A DNA stretch of 63,244 bases, counting the filler, from Collodictyon triciliatum (Eukaryota), in NCBI GenBank assembly GCA_043381765.1. It is 15 parts of 15 records of this genome, joined end to end, with 100 filler letters (N's around TTAATTAATTAA, not from the genome) between each part and the next. Parts side by side here need not be neighbours in the genome. Positions count along the whole stretch, not along the records: positions 47,886 to 52,240 come from JBHJMP010006195.1; positions 52,341 to 56,699 come from JBHJMP010006196.1; positions 56,800 to 61,157 come from JBHJMP010006197.1; 12 more parts are not named here. One strand, 5' to 3'. The notes under the pieces were generated by a model. It searched no databases and was not told the origin of the DNA. It worked only from the letters and a program-made list of their open reading frames with translations. The translations under genes and the position numbers were made by a program. Shown here one piece after another: positions 48,200 through 61,157 of this stretch. Positions within the stretch are counted from its first letter, which is position 1. Each line of letters starts with the position of its first letter.

Positions 48200-51100
48200 T
48201 TACTTGATAAAGGGTTATTGATTTTCCAAACACTTGATTGAACAGATCGGCTCTTCCAAAGAATTCCAGTATGAAAAGAAATTCTGAAAAAAAAATATTC
48301 CTCATTTTAAGAAAATTTAAGCTCGAATGGGGTTTGATAAACAAATAAACAAAAAATAATAAAAGGGACTAGATGACATTGATATTGCGAATACTTAATT
48401 TAATTACCAGATGTCGCTGCCTCAATTAAAGTGTGTTGCATACTGCGAAAAATGACCTAAAGACAAAGAAGAAATAATAATAATAATTCTCATTAAAAAT
48501 ACATTTTCTATTTGGTGCAATGAAGTTGGAGGGAATATACAATATATACCTCAAACAAAAACTTTTGGTTTGCCTGAGATGCGTGGTGAGGCACAATAGC
48601 GTCTTTTTCAATCACTAAAATGTAAAAGGTGGAACAAAATGAAAAATTTTGAAAAGCCTTTAATGTCCTTTACACATATATTTTAAAAAAGCAAAAGCAA
48701 AAGCAAAAGCAAAAGAAACAATACTGAAAATCTATTATCATATGAGCAAATAAATAATTTCGTAATTGTATAACAAACTTTGAAGAACTTCATCTCTTCC
48801 AGAAAGAGTAAAAACACTAGATTTCCCTTTAGTAGTCAGTTTCCCAGAAATAAAGGCTAGTTGATTATCATATAAATTGTCAATACTTTTAAAAGCAACA
48901 CCGATTTTTTTCTGAATTACATTTTTTTTTTTACCTTGTAAAACGAGCAGAAAAATCATGAATTTTTATGTATAAAGAGATGAAACATACATTTAATTTG
49001 ATTTTCTTCACTGCCCAACAAGTCGGTACTTGCAGCAACCTCAAACTAGCGTCAATAAAGAAGGTTAAACAATGACATCAGTCTCCAAATATGCCAGATG
49101 CCAATAAGAAGAATCTTCTATAGGTACTGGGAGAAAACTTACAGAGAGTTTAACAATAGCACCCAAGTATTTCGAAAAGGATGTATGCATGAATCTCGAT
49201 ATAATATCAGCATAGACGGCTTGTAACTGGAATTTAAATGCAAATATTATCTCTGAAATTCTTCTTTTTTTAATACTGTCATATTTGTTCCATCAAGAAT
49301 TGAAAAAACAAACAAACAACATCAGCATACTTTAAATAAAATTACTAAACCATACCTCTTTTGATACAGTCTTGTTATGAGCATTAAGGAATTGATTCAT
49401 ATACTTGTATTTCAGTAGGCTTGATTGTTGAATGATTTGAACATTAGTGTTTGGTTTTTTCAACTGGTTATAGAGATTCATCAGGTGGTCTCTACATCTT
49501 AAGACAGCCTAATTATTGCCATGTCATGGGGTTAGGGCTGATGTCTGTAACCCACGGGCATAAGAAATACCAATAGTAATAACAAAAAGATCAATCCGAA
49601 GAACAATCCAAAGAACAATCCAAAGAACAATCCAAAGAACAATCCAAAGAACAATCCAAAGAACAATCCAAAGAACAATCCAAAGAACAATCCAAAGAAA
49701 TATAAGACACCATAAATTGAACTTGTGACCTTATCTCGCAGTTTTTCAAGTTCAGGAAAGACTTCCTCAGTAGCTCGGGCTTTCTATGGTTAAGAGAGAT
49801 TACATGCGTTCTTTTATATAAATAAATATTCAAACATGATCAAATATGTGTACCTGAGAAGATGCAAACGATATTTTCTCGTGAAGTCGTTTGAGATTTT
49901 CAATATATGATTCGTTTATAGGCCCATCACAAATGTCACTAATTTCAATACACAAGGTTCATGTTTTAATACAGCTTTCACATTCACTCTGATATTGTTG
50001 GAAATAAGCAGTGGGTTCAGAGATTATTATTCTTTATTCCAAATGATCTAATTCATATACCAGAAGTAAGCTATTTGAATGAATAAAGAAAAAATATGCC
50101 AGAAATAACCTAATGAATTTTGGGGGTATTGCCGTTTTCCCAATAAAAGCCACCATTTCTTCCTCTACTTTCTAGATTTTTTTTAAAGAAAAAAATTCAA
50201 AACTAGCGAGGTGACTTATAAGTAAGATAGCTCTTTATACTAACAATTATGATGAACAGAATCAAAAAGAAAGTCGCGGATAGTAAACCTCACCACCCAA
50301 TTACTCTATATTTACCTTTCTATTAGATAGGGAATAATTCATAGCTTGAGATTGCTCTTGAAGAAGTTTAATTTCGGAGCTGATGTTCCCCAAGTTTGAC
50401 TGAAAATTCAATTTGTAATGAGGGGGTTATCTTTTTTTTCTTTCCCCCAATTTATAGTTATTACTATAGTTAAATAGTTCATCGAATTCATATTTTTTTG
50501 GCACATCCTCATCAATACTAGGACAGAAAATATAAAAACAATATTCTTCAAAGACCTGAAACTCTGACAACATAGTTTGCATTTGGGCTAAGATTGTATC
50601 GCAGCTGTTAATGTCTTCATGCAGCTGGACCAGATGCTCACTCTCTCGAATATCTACGGGAATGTTTTTTTTTTATTTTATTTTTTTTTTTAAAAAAATG
50701 GTATCATTCATGAATCCTTTAAAAGATGAATAAACAGATATACTCACAATCTTGAATAGACTCTCTTTCAACAACACGAAGGTCATGTTCGATTTGTTTT
50801 GCAAACTCTCTCAGATTCACACCCTAATGTAGAGTTTTACTTATTTAATCATAAATAAGTTGCTGTATTCGTGGTTCTGAAACAATTTGCAAATGAATGG
50901 TCGACATTTACAAACCTTTGACAAAGCTTCTCTTACATCTTTGTCTTGTTGAAAATGTCTCAAATCCTCTAAATAAATATATAAATGTATGAATACATAG
51001 CTTATTCTGAATATGAATGATTAATTTGTCAATCAATTAAAGTTTATGTCCCCAGTTATATGGACTCGTTAACATCTAAATATGGCGCGAAGAATCACCA

Positions 51101-51840
51101 TCCATTTCATCAAAATCAATCTCTTCTGTTGTAATATCCATATCCCCGAGATTAAGGTCAATCTGTGAGTTTGCAACAAGATTAAATAAGCATAGAGGAT
51201 TGTCGAGGTGAAAAGGGATGACCAGGAGGGGGAAAAACAAGGGAACATAAAAAGAGGATATAAGAACTTCACTATTGTAAATATTCCTTTCTACAGTTAA
51301 ATTTTTACATAGTCATGATCCGACTCAATCTGGGTGATGACGTTTCTGAAGGACCCAGAGAACGGTCGGTGTGGAGCCGAGTCGTCTGACGCAGGCTTTA
51401 AAGGAGTCACAACATCAGCACTCTCAGAGTTATGCTGTAAGAGTTCATTCGGGTTTTGCGTGCCACTTTGTGATTCGGGTTGAGTCGTCGTAGTTGCTTG
51501 GCGTGTTTGGCCGATCACAGCCTATTGTTTTGTTTGTTTTTGTTTGCTTTTGTTTCTTTTTGTTTGCTTTTGTTTGTTAGTAGTGTTGGGCACTGTAGAT
51601 ATATGAATTGAATAAGGAGAAAAAGACTGGTAAAAAAAAAACCTGCGCCACTTTACCAAAAGTGCTCATAAAGTTCCCACGAGAATCGGGTGCCTTGGAT
51701 TCGTCACTCGGCTTTGAGAGTGGAAAGGTGGCCATGGCCGAAAGAGAGTCCATCAAACTCCGTTTACTTTTGTCCTCAGCAACAGCAGCAGTAGGATCGG
51801 TCATTCTTTCTGACTTTGATTCCGGTGAGTGCAAACGCAT
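48200..51840 (-). CDS. VPS52: GARP/EARP tethering complex subunit Vps52, multi-exon, 3'-partial
   Basis: Exons FQQDKDVREALSK / LREFAKQIEHDLRVVERESIQD / IRESEHLVQLHEDINSCDTILAQMQTML / FQSNLGNISSEIKLLQEQSQAMN / PELLRK / EFFGRADLFNQVFGKS match the Vps52 coiled-coil pattern. Confidence 0.88.
49592..49699. repeat. Intronic 12-bp minisatellite (CAATCCAAAGAA)x9
   Basis: Nine head-to-tail units, one with a substitution, no spacers. Confidence 0.95.
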
Positions 51841-52418
51841 GCGAGTATTCAGCAGGTTGTTGTGTGCTTCGCTCTTTGGGGATATTGGGAAGTGTTTTGT
51901 GTGCTCACTCGCTTCTCACTTCTCGGGCTTTTGATCCTTGAGCGCTGCGCAAGATGGAGCGCGGCATTTGCAGTAACTATAGTTTTGAAAATTAGGAGGG
52001 GAATTCTTTCAGTAGAATTTATCCAATATGTCTAATTATTCATATATAATAAAAAGTCTTAAACTGGAATAGTCGGTTTGATTCACTGGGGAATCACACA
52101 GACCAAAAGCTGATCAAGTTTTCACTACGAATAGAAAACAAAAGAAAAAGAAAAAAAGAAAAAAAGAAAAAAAGAAAAAAAGAAAAAAAGAAAAAAAGAA
52201 AAAAAGAAAAAAAGAAAAAAAGAAAAAAAGAAAAAAAGAANNNNNNNNNNNNNNNNNNNNNNNNNNNNNNNNNNNNNNNNNNNNTTAATTAATTAANNNN
52301 NNNNNNNNNNNNNNNNNNNNNNNNNNNNNNNNNNNNNNNNTTTTGTTTTTTTGTTTTTTTGTTTTTTTTGTTTTTTTGTTTTTTTGTTTTTTTGTTTTTT
52401 TGTTTTTTTGTTTTTTAC

Positions 52419-52850
52419 TTGAATAGACCCAGGCTTTGAAGACACATCCTCCGGAGCTTGTTTCGCCCTCTTAGTGGAAGCTTCACTCGAAGATTCTGCT
52501 TCATCTTTTACTCTAAGGGGTGATGAGGATTCCGATGAGGATACAGCCACACTTTTCTCTGAGCCTTGTGCCGACTGCGAATCAGAAAGTGGCCTTTTCT
52601 CTTTTGTACTTGAACCCGAGCCACCAGACTCTGATTTTCCGTCCTTCCCACTCTTCCAAAGTGCCGGGGACGGATGCGCCAATTCGCACCGAGCACGATA
52701 ACACCTCACTGTGTACGGACAGAAGCTATCGGCATCACGGCTCTTGGCATGGTCGGGATTCGACGAGCTCACCGAGCCTGGAGAAGGGTGGGAAAACTTG
52801 CAAGACCGGGCATAGCAACCCATTCCATATTTGCATGCTTGTATAACCAT
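52419..52850 (-). CDS. Tandem CCCH (Nab2-type) zinc-finger protein, first exon, 3'-partial
   Basis: Two C-x5-C-x4-C-x3-H-P motifs (CKYGMGCYARSCKFSHP, CPYTVRCYRARCELAHP) followed by a Ser-rich region. Confidence 0.75.
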
Positions 52851-53661
52851 CGTCTCTTTGCCTAGCCTCCTGTTCGACTATTTCTCCCTTGTCATTTGAG
52901 AGAATGTTATTGTTCTTTCGACGAAGCTGTGAGTTCATCATAGTATGTACTTGCTCTTTCTCCTCGGTGTTTGCCTTCGTTTGTTTGCGCGTTCAAAGGT
53001 TCTGGTCATTACGTCTCTCTGGTTACCAGTGCTCTCGAGTTCATCGGGGCTCCACAAGAACGACGCTTAAGTATGTGGACTCCGAGGCTTTTCTGACTGG
53101 CGCTGCTTCGGTGGTCTTTCAGCGAAAATTTGCGGAACATTAATCCCTTCATCGTGATTATATATTAATGTACAAAACTAGACAAGAATGAGATAATTAG
53201 GGTCATGCGCAATACATCTGATGTTTTATCCCAAATAAATTATTTATGTTATATTATCCACATTTGATTTTTGGCACCTCCAATTCTGTACACCATTTTT
53301 TTCTTGCTTTCCTGCGTCCATTGCCAAAACAATATCGCCCGTATTTTCTTGGACGGGGATATCGCGCCAATTGACTGCGCAAAGCAAGCGAAGGACAGGC
53401 AGTAATACCAGCGATTTCTCCGGGTGGGACTGTGGGATCAAAAGAACAAGGTGGATGGAAGACTGGGAGTCGGGACGATATCTTGTTAGCGCGAAAACTC
53501 TCAAAAACATTTTACAAAAATAGGCTCATGACTATGTTCCCTTTATTTTCTTATTTTCTTCCTCTTTTCTATTTCCTTCTATGCTATCTTTTCTTATGTC
53601 CCTCTTTTATTTACCTTTCTTTTACGTGATTTATTCAGACACTTCGCGTGGGCTCAGAAAG

Positions 53662-56549
53662 ATGATCCTGTATGCGAAGACCATCTTCTTTGTAGTCCTT
53701 GTTTCTGCCATTCTGCCCTTCTCAGAGTCTGAAGCAGCGGATCCCATTAGAGTCGCGGTTATTGGTGGCGGCGTTTCTGGACTAACAGTTTGCATTTGAT
53801 TCACATTCAGGTCCAAAAAAAAAATACCCAGTGGATATTCTGTTTCATATAATTGCACAAAAAAAAAAAAAAAAAAGAAGCAATAACGGTGTTTATAATT
53901 CATGCCATGGTACACTCTTGTCGGCTTTTCCTGAAAACATTTATGTGCTTCCTCTCATGCCTCAAAAATAAAGTATTTCCAAAGATGAATGCAAGAGTAT
54001 GAAAAGCACATTCACCCTACCGCGCTTACCAGGCCGCCCGAGCCCTATTGGAGTCCAAAGTCGTGTCTGCGAATGTCACTGTTTACGAGGCCAAGAATCG
54101 TCTTGGCGGTCGAGTCTTCACCGACTTGACATTTGGCACAGGAGCAGATGCTGATCTTGGAGCCTCTTGGATTCACGGTACAACAAAGTATAATCCGGTG
54201 TATGATCTGATGGTCGTCAAGAATGGGGTCAACATCCTGAATTCAAATTTTGACAATCAGGTATACCCTGCCGTGCACATAATTAAACTTAGACGATGCA
54301 ACACAGCCCTCATTCCAAAAAGAATATAAAATAAGAAAGGGAAAATGTGTGGAATACCTTGAAGAGTATCCATTCACACAAAAAAAAAAAAAAAAACACG
54401 TGATTACTAACTTACAACCTTAGGCCACCTGGCTGGACAAGACTGGAGACGCCTCCGCAGCAGGAGAAGTCTTGCCTGACTCTTGGGTTACCGACGGATA
54501 TGAGCAATACGAAGCACTTATTGATGAGTACGCAGCACTTCATATATGAAAGACCCTGTGTCCCATATACATTTTAACAGAATTAATACTTTCATATGTT
54601 CACATTTTGCCTAACCTTTTTATTTCATCGATTTATTTATTTATCAAAAAATTGTTATATGGTGAAGACAAGAAGAGGCCCAAGACAGTTTAGAACAAGA
54701 TATATCCCTCGAGCAGCACTTTCTAAACATAGATGAGACAGTAAGCGATCTATGGAGGTGATATCCTTCCCGACTGACATAATAGGGGGAATAATGAAAT
54801 TGATGTGATCAAGAGGAAAGTATCAGTTTCAACCAACAATACCATTTTTCAAACACCCAACAGGCTTATCAGGATATCTCAGTGAAGTTTCACATGAGCA
54901 CAACAACAGAGTTCGACACAGGAGCCCCTGCCTCTTCTATTTCTGCGTTGAACTGGAATGATGATGAGTTATATCCCGGTTCCGATGGTATTGTTCTTTC
55001 TGGGTATGTAAGGAATAGACAGTTATCAGATTCTTGCCCTCTTTTAAAAGGGAAATAAAAGAGGAAATTAATAGTTGTATTAGTTTATTAATGAAATTTA
55101 TGGCAGACTTTTTTCTTGCCAATTAATTAAAATTTTATATTCATTTTTTAAAAATATGGTCGTTTGTTTAAGGTACTCCACTCTCTTGGATATTCTCGTA
55201 GATGGCTCAGATTCATCTAATCGAAAGATTGGTAAATTTGTTGAGAATATAAAAATCGTCTCTTCATAGCCATTAGAATATTTCACCACTTCACCAAATA
55301 TTCGAGATTTAAAATATCAAATTTTGATATGTCCTATCGTCATAATAGAATACGAACTAGAGCATGTTGCCACCAAAGTTACTACAAGTTATACTACATC
55401 TGATGGCAGTGTTTGTCCATATTTTGTCGACTTCTCCTCCAAGCCCAGTGTGTGTGCGGACTACGTGAGCATTCTGTTGATCTATTCATTAAAAAATTTT
55501 TAAAAAAAAAAATATTTGTGAGGTCCATGTTTTCTCAACATTTGTGCTTGCGGTAGAGCATTCTTGACAAGCACTGATTACACATTCTAAGATGGCTCTG
55601 TTTTTTTTTTCTGGAAGTAAGAGTGTTTCTGTTTTCTCTCACGCATATGAATCATTTAGGTGATCATCGCAGTTCCCTTGGGTGTATTGAAGAAGGGAAC
55701 TATTCAATTCGTCCCATCCCTTCCAAAAAGCAAAACGGATGCCATCTCGCGCATAGGTAGTTTGCCTTTGACAAATTAGCATGCCCGTTGTTAATATTGT
55801 CATTCAAATGGGAATTCAGAAAAGTCAACATTGTCGGTTAATTATCAAATTATTTCCTATATGTTGCAAATAGGATTTGGGCTGGTCAACAAAGTTTTTT
55901 TGAAATTCAACACAAAGTTTTGGGGCAACTCCGAGTTTTTTGGGATTGCATCAACAGGCACTCAAGGACCATTCAATTACTGGGTGAACCTCGATGCCGC
56001 AGTATCTGGGTGAGTAAACTAGGCTCATTATTTCTGTTTCATAAATCATATTTGGGTGATATATTTCTGAACTATGGTTGTTTTTTTTTTTTTAAAAAAA
56101 AAAATCGAACCCAGTTCAAAAGTTCTTATGGGCGTTGCGTTGGGAAGTGTTGCAGATTTTACAGAAACTAGGACAGACGATGAAGTGATTGCTGAAGCGA
56201 TGAAGCGAATTCGTGTCATGTATCCCAGTGCCCCAAACCCGGTCAATTTTCGAATTACGCGCTGGAGTTTGTTTTTTATTCTAATATACCTCTCTCGAAT
56301 ATTAACTATTTGTTTCGTCCAATACAAAGGCAGTTTCCATTTTTCTCCGTAATTAAAAAAAAATAAATCAAAATGACTAAATAAGAACACACATAAATTT
56401 TCAGAGAGTGACCCGCACATTGGAGGCTCCTACTCTTATGGTGCTCTCGGCATCAAGGGAAACTATGACAAGTATCCTGACTGGGAAACTGTAGCCGAGA
56501 ATGTTGCAGGAATATTTTTCGCTGGGGAGCACACCGATGCCTATTACAG
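53662..56549 (+). CDS. Flavin-containing amine/polyamine oxidase with signal peptide, multi-exon, 3'-partial
   Basis: RVAVIGGGVSGLTAA, VYEAKNRLGGRV, DLGASWIHG, VIIAVPLGVLK, IGFGLVNKVFLKF...FW, TRWKSDPHIGGSYSY and IFFAGEHT. Hydrophobic N-terminus MILYAKTIFFVVLVSAILPFSESEA. Confidence 0.93.
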
Positions 56550-56590
56550 GTTCTTTCTTTTCTTTTGGTTTTCTTGTTTGTTTTTCAGGT

Positions 56591-56699
56591 TTTTCTGGTT
56601 TTCTGGTTTTCTGGTTTTCTGGTTTTCTGGTTTTCTGGTTTTCTGGTTTTCTGGTTTTCTGGTTTTCTGGTTTTCTGGTTTTCTGGTTTTCTGGTTTTC
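56591..56699. repeat. (TTTTCTGG)n tandem repeat, intronic, at contig end
   Basis: About 13 copies of an 8-bp unit, 40 bp after a splice donor of the amine oxidase gene. Confidence 0.92.
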
Positions 56700-57099
56700 N
56701 NNNNNNNNNNNNNNNNNNNNNNNNNNNNNNNNNNNNNNNNNNNTTAATTAATTAANNNNNNNNNNNNNNNNNNNNNNNNNNNNNNNNNNNNNNNNNNNNA
56801 ATAGAATAGAATAGAATAGAATAGAATAGAATAGAATAGAATAGAATAGAATAGAATAGAATAGAATAGAATAGAATAGAATAGAATAGAATAGAATGTC
56901 AATAGTGCAAAAAAATAAAATAAAGGGAGACCCCGTTTTGCTCTTTTAGTGACTGCTCTTCTACGTAATTCCGATAAAATATCTTGATTTGTCTACCTCA
57001 CGATCATATTCACAGGGGGGGGGGGGGGTTTAAAAAAAATATGGAAACCGTATATTAAACCTATATCCTAATTCGATGATACAGAGAGGAGAAGCGAAA

Positions 57100-58146
57100 A
57101 GCTTACGGGAGGGAGAATTCGACAATCTGCTGGGTGACAGTGCGAACACCAAAAATACTCGCTAAATTGTACAAAATTTAAGGGAGCACATGGAATTTTT
57201 AGAAAATAAATATAAAAAAAAATATAAAGTCTAAGGTAACTGCCAGGTGCCATATCTATAATCATAAAGAGTACCGAGCTGATAGGTCAGTTCTTCGACA
57301 CAGCTATTGATGCACTCATCTTCAACTCCGAAAATAGTGGGATCATTAATCTAATCATTAGGATGATGGAAAACGAGTGACAGGTTTTCTTTTAAAAAAG
57401 TGCTAGTAAATTGGAGACATTTTAATTGAGTAAAGCCGAGAATTTCATTTTTTTTTTTAAAAAAGAAGCGATGATTACATACCTTGACAAAAGCGAGATA
57501 AAACAGAGAGACATAAGAGTTGATAAACTACAGATAAAAAAAGCCTTAGTTTTCTTTGGTGGAGTAAAAAAACAAAACAAAACGAAAACATGTGGATAAG
57601 AGCACATGATGGGACGGAGAAAAAAAAATGCAGTTCAGTCCAACCAACCTGGAAGAGGAAATTTTTCATAATCAAGGCATCATCATATTCAGTTTGTGTG
57701 CGATAATTTTCTACAATAAAAATCACTGTTAAGAGGAAACAGGGCGAATATTTGAGAAAAAAATATAGAGTTGAATTAAATAAACCCCAATCATTTAAGC
57801 GTCTAGCGAATCGCAGATAGAGCTAATAAATAAAATTAGACTTTGGATTTCATTCTTAAATGTATCTACAATACCAAGATCAAAAGAATTTAATAATTAT
57901 ATATATGATTGTATAGCTCACTTGATCAAAAATGACAATGGTCACGGCATTCATTATGCCAGCGACCATTGGTCCAAAGCTGGACCCAAGACGATTAGAC
58001 CTATATATTTCATAAGTTAAAAAAAACATTAGAAAGCAAAGCGAAGCAAATATGCCATATATAATAAGCGTGATTATCTTGATCCCTGTAAGAAATAAAA
58101 CTAATACTAAAAACAAATTATCTCCATAATAGATGAATGAAAAGGA

Positions 58147-58204
<58 letters not shown>

Positions 58205-60171
58205 GCCAAATCTTAGTTATTACTTTGAAATGTAAATTCTCAGGGTCAAGATACCAAGTGTGGCAATAACAACCCCGGCAAGCTAAATGAAAGTTGGTCA
58301 ATCTCAAAATCTCATATTAAATTCATCTGGGGGCATATATATGTTGAAATTATAAACTAAAGTATGTACAAGTAAATACCAGAGTAGAAATCATCGGGTA
58401 AGAGATAAAATATTTTGCTGTTCTCTTCCATTGAGGATACGCATCTTCTTCTTCTCCAGTGACCTTGTTTGTAATCTTCTCACCCTGAAATTGGGGTCTT
58501 GGCTTCTCCTTTTTATTTTATTTTGTGCAGTGAATGGTAGTGGTAACCAAAAGGCATCCACAATTGATCCATATGACTTTAGCAAAAAGAGAAAAAGAAA
58601 AAAAAAGAAGCAATATTCCAAAAATACAGAAAGACTACATCCTCCTCGATGCCATGAGTATCCCATTTGAATGCTAATCCAGCCTGTTCTCTTTTCCAGA
58701 ATTCAAGAAAGAATGTAGCTATATTGTAGAGTAGTAAGGAAACAGCACGATGGGTCAAGTACAATTCTCTGACTTCACCACTTTGTGCCGTCAAATTGTA
58801 AAAATAAAATAAATACACAGAGTAAATGAGCCTCTATAACATAATTAGATCATACCCCATAATGAGACAAAGATACAGTAAGCAGCAACAGCTGGTGTAT
58901 CAAATTCATCAGCAAGTCTAAGTATATAAATCATTATTTATCACAACTTAATAAAATAAACAGCACCGATAAACAAACCATGATTAAAGTAACAAAAACG
59001 ATAGGCATCAAATTCCACAGTCGAGTGTTTTTTTTTCTTCTCAGAGTTCTTACTGTATGATGAAAGCTATTGTTCCAACAATTGATGGAAGAATGAGCCA
59101 TCTCGTATAGAAAGCTAACCACGAAAAATAAAGAGCAACATATTCTCCAAAGTAAAAGCGAATGTCACGCATGGGTTGCCATAGTAGCTTCATCATGTCT
59201 CGATTAGTCCCTATCCACTTTGACTTTAACTCACCCAGAGCCTTGTAATCATGCAAGGGAAAGTATGCAACAACTCTTTCTTCATGAAGGAGCTTTGTAA
59301 AATCTAGGATGTTAAGAGATCATTAGAAGCGAACACCGATAATGAGTTTTGCTAATAAAGATACCTTGCTCAAATTTAAGATGGCATGAAAATATATACA
59401 AACCAAGATTACATCCACCTTCAGCCAAGGGGGCTGAAATAATGGAGTTCAGTAATTGTTGACGCTTGCCAGAGCGAAAAAAACAGTCATTCGGGTCTTC
59501 GTTTTGTCTCTCATATTTTATCTTCGCGGACTTGATAAATGGAGCCACTCCAAGGGCAGCATCAACAAGGTCAACATTACCTTGGAAAAGCTGTTGCGCA
59601 AGTTAAAAGAGGTTCATATTTTCTTTCTTACATTATATTGTGCCTTACATATTTTTTTTTAATAAAAGAATATGTGAGAGTGATATATAAAGAGCGAGTG
59701 CCTCAGCTGTGGATCCTTTGTTTGTTCGAAAGTCCTTCAAAGGTATCTTCAGCTCAATGCGCTCAGCCTCCGTTTCCAGTCGATCAGCAGTCGCACCAAT
59801 GCGAATCAAAATCTCGTCTCCGTCCCGCGACCTGTGTAGCAAAATCATACTGTGAATAATCATAATCATTATAACAATAATCGGGGAAGTGTAGTTTCTT
59901 CAATATAGACAAAACAAAATGGATACTTTGCTTGCTCATAAAAAAGCTCTGCAGCGCGAAGAGAGTCAAGGATTGCGGTATGGTCTTCGGATCCCTCCTG
60001 ATTGGACTTTAGGATAGCGACGTACTCCCAAAAAATCTTGTCCTTGGTGGACACGCCAGCACCAGAGTCCAGCTGAGACCCATATGAGAGTTTGATGCTG
60101 GCTGGGTTGATGGGCTCCGTGATTTCCACCGTGGTGTCCTCCATCCGGGTGTACGAAGACATATTCCACAC
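57100..60171 (-). CDS. Anoctamin (TMEM16) channel/scramblase, multi-exon, 3'-partial; start approximate
   Basis: SRDGDEILIRIGA...LETEAERI, FFRSGKRQQLL, YFPLHD, WQPMRDIRFYFGEYVALYFSWLAFYTRWLILPSIVG, ATFFLEFWKREQAGLAFKW, and ENYRTQTEYDDALIMKNFLFQ are anoctamin hallmarks. Confidence 0.95.
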
Positions 60172-60839
60172 AATGCACTATGATGGTGTTGGTAAGGAAT
60201 TCTCTTTGTCGACATGAGAGCATAAGTGAGGGTCGGTTGAGAGGAGGAATACAATCACAACAAAAGAGGAGTTGGCTAAGAGTTTTAGATTACGCCCAGG
60301 TTACGTCTTCTGCGGGCAGATCAAAGTAATGATATGATCGGGACCGAGAAAAAAAACAAAACAAGAAGAAGGAAGGGGCCAGGGGTTTTGTGTCCTTCTT
60401 CGCCACCCTGCCGAGCTGCTTCTTTGAAAAGTTAGCCTGAAGTTTGGGGTTTCACAAAAGGGCTGCTTTGTCGTGAATGCAGGTGTTATCGAGGCGAGTT
60501 TCATTCCTGCCTGTGGTGGCCGGGGTTTCAGTTCGCAGGCGGAGGCGTGGTAAACGCATCGATCAACGCCTGAAATATATGTTTGGTTCGCTTCTCGGTG
60601 GACTACAAGTTCAAATCTGCGCGCTTTGGTTTATCGAGTGGCTTGTCTCTCGCGTTATAGAAATAGAAAAAACAATGATACTGATACGGCGATATTAATG
60701 GCATTGTCAGTCGACAAGTACCGTGTAGGGTATTTTCTTTGAATTCATCAGAACCCATAGTTGGCGTTCATGGGTTTCGCCTTTCTCTGCTGTGAGAGAA
60801 GACCTTGCGCAGGGTGGAATGTGGGTTTGTAGATTTAAG

Positions 60840-60904
<65 letters not shown>

Positions 60905-61004
60905 ACAGGCAAAAGCGCGTGATGATAGAGACAGGGAGCGGAAAACAATCATACAAAGTAAAAAGACCGCTATGAAAACAAGGGTCCGCCAATGACACAA
61001 AAAG

Positions 61005-61157
61005 TTTTTTTCCTTTATTCGATTCAAAGTGTAGCAAGGTTATGCCATACAAAGGGGCGGGATGGGAGCGCATGGGAGAGAGCAAACGCGAGTAGGGGAA
61101 GACACTACCGTGGAGAGGGTAGCACTGGAAAGAAATCAGTGATAGCAAGTTGGTCAG
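61005..61157 (-). mobile_element. Non-LTR retroelement 3' end, copy C, cut by the contig end
   Basis: T-run-CCTTTATTCGATTCAAAGTGTAGCAAGGTTATGCCATACAAAGGGGCGGGATGGGAGCG..., homologous to copies A, B and D. Confidence 0.87.

Noticed and set aside
49592..49699. Regular repeats (also 3338-3536) as a possible CRISPR array
   Set aside because: Head-to-tail units with no unique spacers, in eukaryotic context, and no cas genes.
56591..56699. (TTTTCTGG)n at a contig end as a telomere
   Set aside because: It starts 40 bp into an intron of an unfinished gene. Contigs here often end in assorted microsatellites, which are assembly breaks.
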